Origin: a virus
Taxonomy: Duplodnaviria > Caudoviricetes
Virus record (IMG/VR): IMGVR_UViG_3300022936_000012
Span: 1-43,621 of that record
Length of the DNA: 43,621 nt
Direction: 5' to 3' (one strand)
The notes under the pieces are model-generated. The model was not told where the DNA came from. It ran no database searches and saw only the letters and a list, made by a program, of their open reading frames with translations. The translations under genes were made by a program, and so were the position numbers. Of the stretch, positions 35,702-43,621 are shown piece after piece. Position 1 is the first letter of the stretch; each line of letters begins with the position of its first letter.

Positions 35702-36838
35702 ATGAAACTCCAAATACCCACTAAGACCCTTCTCTCAGCCCTCGCAACACTCAAGCCCATCGCCAAGCCGAGCACGACGCATCCCATCCTCGGCAACGTT
35801 GCCATCGGCGCGGAAGGCGAATCGGTGACGCTTACAGGCACCGACATGGAAAAACATCTCTCCATCGTGCTTCCGTGCAAGGTGAAAGAGCCAGGATCGA
35901 CGACGATTCCGGCGACAAAGCTCCACGACTCGCTCTCAAAGATGCGCGCTCCCGAGTGCTCTATTGAGCATATCGCAATTCCTAAAACACTTCCGACCGG
36001 AGAGAAGATTACGGAGCATCAAATAACGGTTCGATCTGGTGGTGCCGTAACGAAGCTGCTTGGCCTTGGTATGGAAGATATGCCGCAACCGATCAAGACC
36101 ATCGGCGGTCAGTCCGTGACGATTCCAGCGGCTAAATTCGCATCGCTTCTCACCAAGTCACTTGCGCACGCATCATCCGACAAGAGCCGAGCAATCCTTA
36201 ACTCCGTGTTCCTTGTCTCGCGCACCGGGAAGCTGTTCATCCAATCGACGGACGGACGGCGCGCAATCCTGTGCGACTCCGGCATCGACTTCGCGAGCGA
36301 CGGCGCGTTTATCGTCCCAAAGGAATCCGTTCCGACGATGGTCGCGCTTTCTACGGATGGAGATGTCACGCTTCTGATGTCTCCCGAGTCGCTGACGATC
36401 AAAACCGGCGATCGTGAATTTTCCACGAAACTAATTGAAGGCAATCCGCCAAACTTCGACAACGCCATCCCGAAAGACAGGCCGCTCAATATTACGATGA
36501 ACCGCGCCGAGTTGACGGCCATTGTGGAATACGCCGAGATTCAGACGAGCGAGCAATCGAGCGCGGTAAAGCTGGTTTGCGATGGCAAGACTATGACAGC
36601 GACCGGAGCCAGCGGTAAATCCGGAGCGGAAGAGTTTATGAATCTCAATGAAGATTCTGCGCCCGTGAAGAAAGGAAGCGACAATATTGAGTTTGCGATG
36701 AATCCGCAATTCTTGCGCGATGCGATGAAGGCGCTTTCTGAGGATGAAGTGACGCTGGAAATGGCAAATGAGATGTCAGCGGTCGTGATTCAAGAAGATG
36801 GCATCATGGTTGTTCTGATGCCGATGCGGATTGGTTAA
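35702..36838 (+). CDS. dnaN: DNA polymerase III beta sliding clamp
   Basis: PILGNV, GTDME, STDGRR, KLIEG.PPNF..AIP, AMNPQFL.DA, VLMPMR; 378 aa. Confidence 0.93.
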   Translation: MKLQIPTKTLLSALATLKPIAKPSTTHPILGNVAIGAEGESVTLTGTDMEKHLSIVLPCKVKEPGSTTIPATKLHDSLSKMRAPECSIEHIAIPKTLPTGEKITEHQITVRSGGAVTKLLGLGMEDMPQPIKTIGGQSVTIPAAKFASLLTKSLAHASSDKSRAILNSVFLVSRTGKLFIQSTDGRRAILCDSGIDFASDGAFIVPKESVPTMVALSTDGDVTLLMSPESLTIKTGDREFSTKLIEGNPPNFDNAIPKDRPLNITMNRAELTAIVEYAEIQTSEQSSAVKLVCDGKTMTATGASGKSGAEEFMNLNEDSAPVKKGSDNIEFAMNPQFLRDAMKALSEDEVTLEMANEMSAVVIQEDGIMVVLMPMRIG

Positions 36839-36849
36839 CCTCTACCCTT

Positions 36850-37032
36850 ATGAACTACCCAACATCATTAAACGCCACAACTCTCGCCATGACACCCGAT
36901 GAACTCAAGCGCGAGGCTGAGATTCACAGGATCAAAAACGATATTCCATGGACGAAAGAAAGGCCGCATCCGCAACGCCGCGAACTGTCGCGCCCGTGGC
37001 TTGATTCAACTCGCGCAGCCGTTGGTTGGTAG
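36850..37032 (+). CDS. Small hypothetical protein
   Basis: ATG after A/C-rich leader. Confidence 0.5.
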   Translation: MNYPTSLNATTLAMTPDELKREAEIHRIKNDIPWTKERPHPQRRELSRPWLDSTRAAVGW

Positions 37033-37038
37033 CCATGA

Positions 37039-37356
37039 ATGGAATCCCCCGAACCAGACGAGCGGGACGCCGAGATTGCGCGACTACGGCAGCAGCTTGC
37101 CGACGCGATGGAGATTGTATCCACGCAGGAAATCATGCGCGGACTTGTGGCGAGTCACGACAAGCAACGAACTCGCCGCATTGACAAAGAGAAGCTCGGA
37201 TACGCCTACGAACTGATCGAGGATCATGCGAAGATGCAATCGGTGTTGCGGATTCTTGAGACGATCTGGAACAAGGATGAACTTCACCGGAAGGCGAGCA
37301 TCCATGTTTCTAGGTTCGTCTGGGATTTGCGGCAGAGATTGAGTGAATTTCTGTGA
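37039..37356 (+). CDS. Hypothetical coiled-coil protein
   Basis: RDAEIARLRQQLA. Confidence 0.65.
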   Translation: MESPEPDERDAEIARLRQQLADAMEIVSTQEIMRGLVASHDKQRTRRIDKEKLGYAYELIEDHAKMQSVLRILETIWNKDELHRKASIHVSRFVWDLRQRLSEFL

Positions 37357-37365
37357 TTTACTCTG

Positions 37366-37404
37366 GAAAATAAATCTTGTGCGCGGTGCGTGAGGGTGTA
37401 GAGT
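37366..37404 (+). promoter_or_regulatory. Operator motif + promoter, probably leaderless transcript
   Basis: GAAAATAAATC-TTGTGC-N16-TAGAGT, ATG 6 nt later. Confidence 0.65.
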
Positions 37405-37410
37405 GACGAC

Positions 37411-37587
37411 ATGCAAATCACCGTTCGCCAAATGATTGAGTCGGATAAAACACTCAAGATTTCCAATATTCATTCCCGGCCTACTTCGAGCGGGGTTAAA
37501 ACTCATTTCACCGTTAAGCGCGGTCATGGGCCATCCGCAAAGGTTGTCATAAAACTGGCTACCTTCGATCAACTCATTAGCGCATAA
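37411..37587 (+). CDS. Small hypothetical protein (58 aa)
   Basis: Hand translation MQITVRQMIESDKTLKISNIHSRPTSSGVKTHFTVKRGHGPSAKVVIKLATFDQLISA*. Confidence 0.6.
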   Translation: MQITVRQMIESDKTLKISNIHSRPTSSGVKTHFTVKRGHGPSAKVVIKLATFDQLISA

Positions 37588-37591
37588 CGCC

Positions 37592-37795
37592 ATGCCCATC
37601 ACATCACCAATCCCATTCGTGGCCGCATACGTGAATCACGACACCTGCGAACTGTTCCGCAACGGCGACAATATCACCGCGTATATCCCAACGCGATCCG
37701 CGTGCGTGCAGGAACTTGACATGGATACCGCGAACTACGTCACCGCAACGCTGATTGCGCAAGCGATGGGGCTGCAAGTGACTTGGGGGATTTGA
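37592..37795 (+). CDS. Hypothetical protein
   Basis: ORF in tight series. Confidence 0.55.
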   Translation: MPITSPIPFVAAYVNHDTCELFRNGDNITAYIPTRSACVQELDMDTANYVTATLIAQAMGLQVTWGI

Positions 37796-37796
37796 T

Positions 37797-38042
37797 ATGG
37801 TGCGCGTAGCCTCCATTCGCATCTCGTGGGAGATTTTCTCTCAAGCGAAGTTGCTTGCGAAGATCGAAGGATTGACGTGCGCGGAGGATTGGATTGAGGC
37901 GACACTAAAAGCCGAACTGGATAAACGGCCAGAGATTGCAGACTTGGTGAAGATGCAGGAGAACGCGAAGAAACAAACAATCAAAGAGTGGGAAACCAAA
38001 TATGCGAAGACGAACATGGGCGACGAAGAATCCGCAGTCTGA
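37797..38042 (+). CDS. Possible ribbon-helix-helix DNA-binding protein
   Basis: SIRISWEIFSQAKLLAKIEGLT..DWIEATLK strand-helix-helix pattern. Confidence 0.5.
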   Translation: MVRVASIRISWEIFSQAKLLAKIEGLTCAEDWIEATLKAELDKRPEIADLVKMQENAKKQTIKEWETKYAKTNMGDEESAV

Positions 38043-38055
38043 ATATGACCACTGG

Positions 38056-38949
38056 ATGGATCAAGAAGCCCGCAAAGAACCTGACGACGAAATGACCGAC
38101 GACGAACCCACCACCCCCGACCCTGAGCCGGAAGCCACGAGACAGGAGGCGACCGTGATTGGTCGCGGAACTCGCTTCTGCCCTGACCATCAGGCCCTTG
38201 AAGGAATTTGCGGCTGCAACCAGCCCCAACAGCCTGCCGAATCGTCCGCAGGGGAGAGGCCGACAGCGGAGGAGTGCGCGAAGGTTATCGCGCTTCACGA
38301 GAAGGCGACACCGGGGCCGTGGCACCGCGCAACCAATCCTGGCGGCCCCGGCGAGCAACCAGCTTTTCCATCCGTTCGCGACGACACATGGGCGCTTCAC
38401 GGTGAGGACATAGTTGCAATGCCGCTTGGAGATTCCGAGACGGTAAAGAGCAACGCCGACTTCATCGCCTTCGCCCGAACCTTCGCACCGAAAGCCGCGC
38501 TCGCCCTCACCGCCACCCGCGCCGAGAACGCCCGTCAAGCTGCCGAGATTGAGCGGCTGAAGCAAGAACGCGACGAGCGAGATTCGTTAATAGCCAAGGA
38601 TTCGTTTTACGAGGATCGAATCGAGGACATTGCCCATGCTCTGGCGCAAGAATTAGAAGAGGCCGAGTTAGATCCGAACGACTTTGTTACGGTCAACCGC
38701 GCCAAACTAAACGACATCGCCAAGCGGATTTTCGAGAAGCAGGACGCCCGCCTCACCTCAGAACTGGCCGCAGCGAAACGGGACGGGGAGGCAACCACAC
38801 AGCTTCTTTTGAGGCTGTATCGAGTTAGCCGAGTTTGCATGGTCGCTGGTTCGGTCCATAAAGCGCAGGATGAAGCAATGGCGGAATATGGCCACGACCT
38901 CTCCCCGAAGATTGAGCAAATCATCACAGCACGAAAGGCCCAGCCATGA
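38056..38949 (+). CDS. Ead/Ea22-like early protein (start uncertain)
   Basis: EKATPGPW...NADFIAFAR followed by coiled coils. Confidence 0.75.
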   Translation: MDQEARKEPDDEMTDDEPTTPDPEPEATRQEATVIGRGTRFCPDHQALEGICGCNQPQQPAESSAGERPTAEECAKVIALHEKATPGPWHRATNPGGPGEQPAFPSVRDDTWALHGEDIVAMPLGDSETVKSNADFIAFARTFAPKAALALTATRAENARQAAEIERLKQERDERDSLIAKDSFYEDRIEDIAHALAQELEEAELDPNDFVTVNRAKLNDIAKRIFEKQDARLTSELAAAKRDGEATTQLLLRLYRVSRVCMVAGSVHKAQDEAMAEYGHDLSPKIEQIITARKAQP

Positions 38950-39587
38950 CACCCGAACAACCGGAACCGACGCCGAGAACGGATGCGATGGTCTGTAAAT
39001 ATCGCATATTCGGCAATCCAAATAACCCAGAAGGAGGGCTTACTGGAGAGATACGCCAACTAGAACGCGAACTCGCCACCCTCCAGGCTTCGCGTGACGC
39101 AGACAAGGCCGAGCTTGCAAATATTCTAAGCTGTTTCGGCGGCGACGCTAAGTTGGTCAAAGACGGAGTAATAAGCCTGTTTGCATTGACGAGGCTGACC
39201 ATCAAGGATCGCGACGACCTCCGTGCGCAACTGGAGGACGTGAAGCGGGAGAGGGATGCGCTGACCGATAAGTTCCGGCCAGAGAACTTTATTCATCATC
39301 AAGCCACGAACTGCGGGAAGTGTGGAAAGCACAAGCACACCCCATGGCGCAATGACAAGCACGGCTACGGCTATGTTTGCGCGACCTGCCTTGTGGAGAT
39401 TTACGACGCCGAGCGCGACACCGCCCGCGACGAACTGGAGCGCGCACGTGTGGCGCTGGAGCAAATACGCGATCAGTCGCCAGATGCGTTTATGAGCCTT
39501 GGCGACGACAACGACACCTTCGTTTTCTTTGCAAAGGAGACAGCCCTCGCAGCCCTCACCCCGCAACCGACCGAGAAGAAAGGCTGA
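38946..39587 (+). CDS. Coiled-coil protein with TPRTD/LERELA module and Zn-ribbon
   Basis: PTPRTDA...RQLERELA; CGKC...CATC. Confidence 0.7.
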   Translation: MTPEQPEPTPRTDAMVCKYRIFGNPNNPEGGLTGEIRQLERELATLQASRDADKAELANILSCFGGDAKLVKDGVISLFALTRLTIKDRDDLRAQLEDVKRERDALTDKFRPENFIHHQATNCGKCGKHKHTPWRNDKHGYGYVCATCLVEIYDAERDTARDELERARVALEQIRDQSPDAFMSLGDDNDTFVFFAKETALAALTPQPTEKKG

Positions 39588-39591
39588 GCTT

Positions 39592-39813
39592 ATGAGCAAG
39601 CCGAAGATAACCCATCGCCGCGCAAGCTGTGACCGATGCAAGGCATATCGATTCTCTAGGATCGGTGGAGCCCGTCACACTTGTGAATTGAAATACAAGA
39701 TCGGTGACACCCCGTTTCTTGGAGCACCATACCCCGCAGAGCCATGCCCAAGGCCGACAACATGGTCCGCATACGACGAGATGGAACAGAAGCCCAAAGA
39801 GACAAAGCCATGA
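39592..39813 (+). CDS. Small Cys-rich protein
   Basis: CDRCKA...CELKY...PAEPCPRP. Confidence 0.65.
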   Translation: MSKPKITHRRASCDRCKAYRFSRIGGARHTCELKYKIGDTPFLGAPYPAEPCPRPTTWSAYDEMEQKPKETKP

Positions 39814-40184
39814 CCCCCGCACCCGACAAGCCGAGCGATACGCCGAGGACTCAAGGAGTGAACGAGTTCATCCAAAAGCGACTCTATATCGCTACTGAGG
39901 GGTCTGGAATTGTGACTCACCAGCAACATTCCGAGGTTTTGAGCTACATCAATCGGATTGAGCGCGAACTATCCGCCCAGACCGAGGCTCTGGCCCGCGT
40001 GACACGTGAGCGCGATGAGGCGCGGAAGGATAGCGAGCGACGGCTGAAGTTCATCCAGCAATGCAGCGGCAGGGTATTGGCACGCATCCACCTCAAAGCA
40101 GCTTGTGACCACGATAACGAATTTGAGGGGTTTAAGATTGAAATAGACCGCGCCATCGACGCACCCCGACAGGAGACCCCATGA
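39810..40184 (+). CDS. TPRT/ERELS module protein
   Basis: SDTPRT...RIERELS...ERDEARKDSER...IDRAIDA. Confidence 0.7.
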   Translation: MTPAPDKPSDTPRTQGVNEFIQKRLYIATEGSGIVTHQQHSEVLSYINRIERELSAQTEALARVTRERDEARKDSERRLKFIQQCSGRVLARIHLKAACDHDNEFEGFKIEIDRAIDAPRQETP

Positions 40185-40687
40185 CCGACCCGACACAACT
40201 AGCAGCTATGAACACACCTCAAGACATCCTCAAAAGCGCACATCTGTTTTGCAACCTCATCGCCTCCGCTCGTAAGTATAAGCACCCGAAGGCGTGGAGT
40301 GGCAGCGCCCATTGCCATCATCCGTGCGGCATCATTGAAGGCACCATCAAGCTCACGAACGACTGGACAACTTGGGACGGCTGCTCAATCGAAATCACCA
40401 ACGGCGATGGGTGGAGTTTGGACTTTTGCCGAGACTCATGGAGTCGCGGAGGAAATCCGAATCCGCAGCCAATCAATGGAAAGGCTGTTTCAGTGTGGCA
40501 GTCGGGAAAGTGGCTGAATGAGACGTTTCGCGATAAGATGGAGGTGCGTTGCATCGAAATCATCGGCTCACTGATCGAGTTCGTGACCAATGCCAAGGAT
40601 GAAGAGCGGAGGAAGCACGAAGCGAAACAGGAAGAGATTCGCCAACGGCGCGCACAAATTGAGCAGGAGGCACTAGCAAAGCTGTGA
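40181..40687 (+). CDS. Hypothetical protein
   Basis: ATGA overlap; C-terminal coiled coil. Confidence 0.7.
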   Translation: MTDPTQLAAMNTPQDILKSAHLFCNLIASARKYKHPKAWSGSAHCHHPCGIIEGTIKLTNDWTTWDGCSIEITNGDGWSLDFCRDSWSRGGNPNPQPINGKAVSVWQSGKWLNETFRDKMEVRCIEIIGSLIEFVTNAKDEERRKHEAKQEEIRQRRAQIEQEALAKL

Positions 40688-41286
40688 ACCAATCAGACAT
40701 CCAGTCCGAAAACGAGCGACTCACGCGGGAGTTGGCGGAAGCGAAAACTGCCTTGAGCAAGATTAACGAGATTCGGAACAGCATTATAGCGTTCCAGTCC
40801 ATCAACTGGTCTGAGCACATTTACCCGCTCGTGGCGGCATTGAATGAAGCCGGTATTGAAGGCATGGGATACGATAATGCAAAAGCCAAGTTCGGAACAA
40901 TGCTGGAACGCACCAATGCCGCCGAGAATGAAGCTGCGCGTCTATCCGTTGACCTCGCGAAGTGCCAAGCGGCTTGCGGGGCGAAGGATGAGGCGTTAAA
41001 ACCTTTCGCCCAAATTCTGGACGAGTTGCACGACACCGACACGGTGTTGGTAGGAGTAACGGGAAAACAAATGAAGGCAGCAAACGCAGCCATAGCCACC
41101 GACTGCGGATCTGAGGTCACGCGACGGGTGGAGAGGTTGGAGTCGGCCAACAAGAAGGCGCTGGAGGCTATGACGGAGTTCACAGGTAAGTGCGACTGCG
41201 ACAACGGGCATATCTGCGAAGAGTGCGAACGATGGGGCAACGCCATTGCAGCACTTCGCGGGGATTCTGAGGGGGAGGGGCGTTAA
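40684..41286 (+). CDS. Coiled-coil protein with C-terminal Cys cluster
   Basis: LTRELAEAK; INWSEHIYPLVAAL; CDC...CEEC. Confidence 0.7.
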   Translation: MNQSDIQSENERLTRELAEAKTALSKINEIRNSIIAFQSINWSEHIYPLVAALNEAGIEGMGYDNAKAKFGTMLERTNAAENEAARLSVDLAKCQAACGAKDEALKPFAQILDELHDTDTVLVGVTGKQMKAANAAIATDCGSEVTRRVERLESANKKALEAMTEFTGKCDCDNGHICEECERWGNAIAALRGDSEGEGR

Positions 41287-41290
41287 GAAG

Positions 41291-41310
41291 TTGACAAGAT
41301 TTATTTTCGC
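41291..41310 (+). promoter_or_regulatory. Promoter/operator TTGACAAGATTTATTTTCGC
   Basis: Consensus -35; reverse complement of the motif at 691..710; ATG 36 nt downstream. Confidence 0.7.
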
Positions 41311-41326
41311 TCGTCTCATGTAGCGC

Positions 41327-41890
41327 ATGGCGCACTACTACATCGACTTCAAGAATCCGCCTCCATTTCGCGAGCTTCTGCCGAATGGCGTAGGCTACAT
41401 CTCGCGAGGTGGATTGATCGTGCTTTATGGCATCAAGTCGATTGGTGATGTTCAGCGCCAGAATCATTGGCCTGCGGTGGAGAATATCGCTCCGAAGGTA
41501 TTGGAGAAACTGCGCCGAGTTCCAAAGCATGAAGTCGAGGGTGATTTGCGACATGCGGCAAGAAACCGACCGCAATTCCAATGGCCTGCTTTGGACGAAA
41601 TCCCGAAAGAGCAAAGCGCCAGAGAACCATATAGACCGCTCCCAAAGTTTAACGCGAAATTCGCCACTCAAGAGCCGCATAAATGTGAAGCGTGCGAACT
41701 GTGGACGTATGAGAGCAACCGCCACCATCCGATCCCTGTTTCCGTGCGCTACAACAGCAAGACGATCCGACTTTGTTTCGACTGTCACACTGTGATTCAC
41801 AGCTTATCGAACGAGACTCTAGCGGTGACTTCTGTAGAAGATCAAATCTCCTACATCCTGAGGCGTCGCTACCCCCCTCCATCTCCCTAG
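41327..41890 (+). CDS. Protein with C-terminal HNH endonuclease domain
   Basis: CEAC...HHPIP...N...LCFDCH.VIH; stop codon lies inside inverted-repeat copy B. Confidence 0.75.
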   Translation: MAHYYIDFKNPPPFRELLPNGVGYISRGGLIVLYGIKSIGDVQRQNHWPAVENIAPKVLEKLRRVPKHEVEGDLRHAARNRPQFQWPALDEIPKEQSAREPYRPLPKFNAKFATQEPHKCEACELWTYESNRHHPIPVSVRYNSKTIRLCFDCHTVIHSLSNETLAVTSVEDQISYILRRRYPPPSP

Positions 41891-41906
41891 CCCGCAGGGC
41901 GCATTT
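41869..41906. repeat. 38-bp perfect inverted repeat, copy B
   Basis: CTACCCCCCTCCATCTCCCTAGCCCGCAGGGCGCATTT is the reverse complement of 1..38. Confidence 0.95.
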
Positions 41907-42094
41907 GGCGCAGCCAATCCCCCTAGCCGCCTCACAATCTCCCATCGCTCACCCGTTACCCCAGGCGAGGATCAACCGTGATTCGGGAGAGGGAGGTTTC
42001 GATTATCAGAAAGCTCCGTATCGCTCGTGACAGGGATGCCGTTTCTTTGCGCCAGGATGCCCGTAGAAGGCCGTCTGTCGTGTTTCCGGGGACT

Positions 42095-42325
42095 TTACCG
42101 CTTGCCGCACAGTCTCCAATAGTGGTGACGTTCGGCGCAAAGCATCACCATGTGCTCAAAATGCGCCATTTCCAGGCGCGTAGCCGGTCTTTGCTCACGA
42201 GATATGGCGAATCTGTCCCTTCTGGACACTCGGATACCGATTCGTATGAGGATTCGTTCCCTTGCGTTCTTGAACCTCTGTTTATTCATAATCAATACCC
42301 TTCGTGTCAGTCTGTGTGCGTTCAT
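42095..42325 (-). CDS. Small basic protein
   Basis: ATGA overlap chain on the minus strand. Confidence 0.5.
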   Translation of the reverse strand: MNAHRLTRRVLIMNKQRFKNARERILIRIGIRVSRRDRFAISREQRPATRLEMAHFEHMVMLCAERHHYWRLCGKR

Positions 42326-42456
42326 CCACCGATCTGCATGGGTTTAAAGGTCACTGTTCCGCCAATACTGCTCTCTCGGACGATCATACACAGTCCGTTC
42401 TTTGCGTTGGCGATGCGTGCTCCGAGTTTGAGTTGCTCGTAGATGGGGTCGCTCAT
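42322..42456 (-). CDS. Small hypothetical protein
   Basis: MSDPIYEQLKLGARIANAKNG...; ATGA overlaps. Confidence 0.45.
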   Translation of the reverse strand: MSDPIYEQLKLGARIANAKNGLCMIVRESSIGGTVTFKPMQIGG

Positions 42457-42617
42457 GGCAGTGGTTGGTCGTGCAACGCAAGGACTCCCCGAAAAAGCTC
42501 TAGTGCTTGATTTTCCCAAGGGGAAAGACCGCCTTTTTGCTTCTCCATTTTCTTCACCAATTTACGCAATTTTTCGATCTTGGATTCGTTCGTTTCTGGC
42601 TTCTTTGACTTACTCAT
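42453..42617 (-). CDS. Small Lys-rich protein
   Basis: Hand translation MSKSKKPETNESKIEKLRKLVKKMEKQKGGLSPWENQALELFRGVLALHDQPLP*. Confidence 0.5.
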   Translation of the reverse strand: MSKSKKPETNESKIEKLRKLVKKMEKQKGGLSPWENQALELFRGVLALHDQPLP

Positions 42618-42658
42618 AGGAAATAAGTGACGCTGGCGCGTGCCTTTAATACGTGTCT

Positions 42659-42781
42659 CACAATTTGATACAGATTACTCTGAAAAGCTGCTTCCATCTG
42701 TATCACGCTTTCTGTTTCACAATTTGACACACTTCTGTCGTGTAGTTTGATACAGCATCTGTCCCGTCGTTTGATACAGAT
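42659..42781. repeat. Iteron-like repeats, putative replication origin
   Basis: TGATACAG(AT) at 42666, 42748 and 42772; inverted copy at 42696..42705; CACAATTTGA at 42659 and 42718; at the 3' end of an HTH initiator gene. Confidence 0.65.
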
Positions 42782-43107
42782 TTCAGTAATTTTGGCGTTT
42801 TAAATCGCCGTTTATCGACGCGAAAACGCTCCGTTTTCCACACGCGAGGCGCTTCGATAATGTATTCGCACCGCTCTTTTTCGTGAACCGTTCGCCGGAT
42901 AATGAAGGCGTCTTCCATCCATCGGGCGTGTTTCTGGACGCTGTTTACGGACATGGCGCACTCCCTGCCAATGGCCCGTAGCCCTATGGTGCAGCGCCAG
43001 CGGCTCTCGCTATGGCGTATGAGGCAGTGGAGTATTGTAGACGCGTAGGCTGGCATACCATGATCTAGCATGGCATCACGCAAGGCCAGGGCTTCTGATG
43101 ATCTCAT
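42703..43107 (-). CDS. HTH replication-initiator-like protein
   Basis: ILHCLIRH...IGLRAIGRECAMSVNSVQKHARWME...IIRR wHTH; iterons in the 3' part as in lambda O. Confidence 0.7.
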   Translation of the reverse strand: MRSSEALALRDAMLDHGMPAYASTILHCLIRHSESRWRCTIGLRAIGRECAMSVNSVQKHARWMEDAFIIRRTVHEKERCEYIIEAPRVWKTERFRVDKRRFKTPKLLKSVSNDGTDAVSNYTTEVCQIVKQKA

Positions 43108-43343
43108 GCCACTTGTAGCTGGCGCGTCTGCTTTGTGACCGTGTATGACACTTCGATAGTGTGATCGGTCTTAGAGGGTGCGAATGGGCTCTCGCGTAGC
43201 TCACGGATAGCCCTGTAGGTGGACGCTCTAGACCAGCCAAGTCGCTTGGCGATCTCGTCCGGTGACATAGGGCCAAGCTCACGAAGCGCGAAGTAGAGCA
43301 CGATAGCTCTGTGGGGGAGGGAGAATACAGACTCGTCAATCAT
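43104..43343 (-). CDS. Winged-HTH (TrmB/MarR-like) regulator
   Basis: LYFALRELGPMSPDEIAKRLGWSRASTYRAIREL. Confidence 0.8.
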   Translation of the reverse strand: MIDESVFSLPHRAIVLYFALRELGPMSPDEIAKRLGWSRASTYRAIRELRESPFAPSKTDHTIEVSYTVTKQTRQLQVA

Positions 43344-43364
43344 GCGAGTATGCTAATTCCAAGA

Positions 43365-43400
43365 AATGAGAATGAGAAGGCTAATGTATATGAGAATGGA
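43365..43400 (+). promoter_or_regulatory. AATRAGAA repeat array upstream of the wHTH gene
   Basis: TGAGAATGAGAA (also at 9878) and TATGAGAATGGA (also at 9904) are exact 12-mer matches. Confidence 0.6.
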
Positions 43401-43621
43401 AACAATATTCATGCCAGATACGGATTTATTTTAGGCAAGTGACTTGATTTAGTGATGGACACACCCCCGGTAAGGAATCTTTTTGCCACGGAGGATGGAG
43501 GGAGGTGACTGAAAGCACGGTCGTCGCCTTACTCGCGTGATTTTTCTCATTCGTGTCGATCCATGAACCGTGCCACTCTCGCAACTCGATTGTCTTTCGC
43601 AATAATAAGAAACCACTCTCA

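Larger units (their letters stand above)
1..43621 (+). mobile_element. Tailed bacteriophage genome (siphovirus-like, lambda-type terminase/portal), complete or nearly complete
   Basis: Full packaging, head, tail, lysis and replication/recombination modules in canonical order; no host housekeeping genes or integrase seen. Confidence 0.95.

Noticed and set aside
43436-43449. IHF site CAAGTGACTTGATT
   Set aside because: Spacing is one base longer than the YAA-N4-TTGATW consensus
1-43621. CRISPR array, integrase/att site, IS element, alternative genetic code
   Set aside because: No regularly spaced repeats, no recombinase or transposase motifs seen; genes translate full-length in the standard code

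Overview
The window looks like a complete or near-complete ~43.6-kb tailed dsDNA phage genome (siphovirus-like, lambda-type packaging), with no host chromosomal genes and no recognisable integrase, DNA polymerase or primase. Gene order: small accessory genes, SSB, TerS / HNH / TerL, gpW-like protein, portal with an unusual ParB/Srx-like C-terminal extension, a reverse-strand secreted moron, a ~770-nt structured non-coding gap, protease-scaffold, decoration protein, major capsid, head fibres, neck, tail, fibres, a lysis cassette that opens with a stand-alone response-regulator receiver protein, a RuvC-like resolvase, then early genes (Cro-like HTH, ParB-like, Sak4-like ATPase, MazG-like, two helicases, DNA methyltransferase, beta clamp, Ea22-like and paralogous small ORFs, HNH) and a terminal 1.7-kb reverse-strand block with an HTH initiator and iterons. 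The SSB sequence and the A/C-rich leaders without Shine-Dalgarno sites suggest a PVC-superphylum (Verrucomicrobia-like) host (inference). Most notable: (1) an intact CheY-like receiver overlapping the first lysis gene; (2) a four-way-junction RNA with complementary loops just downstream of the portal gene; (3) a perfect 38-bp inverted repeat plus mirrored promoters bracketing the putative origin block; (4) two distinct genome-wide operator-like motifs. All calls come from reading the sequence by eye; no database searches were run.
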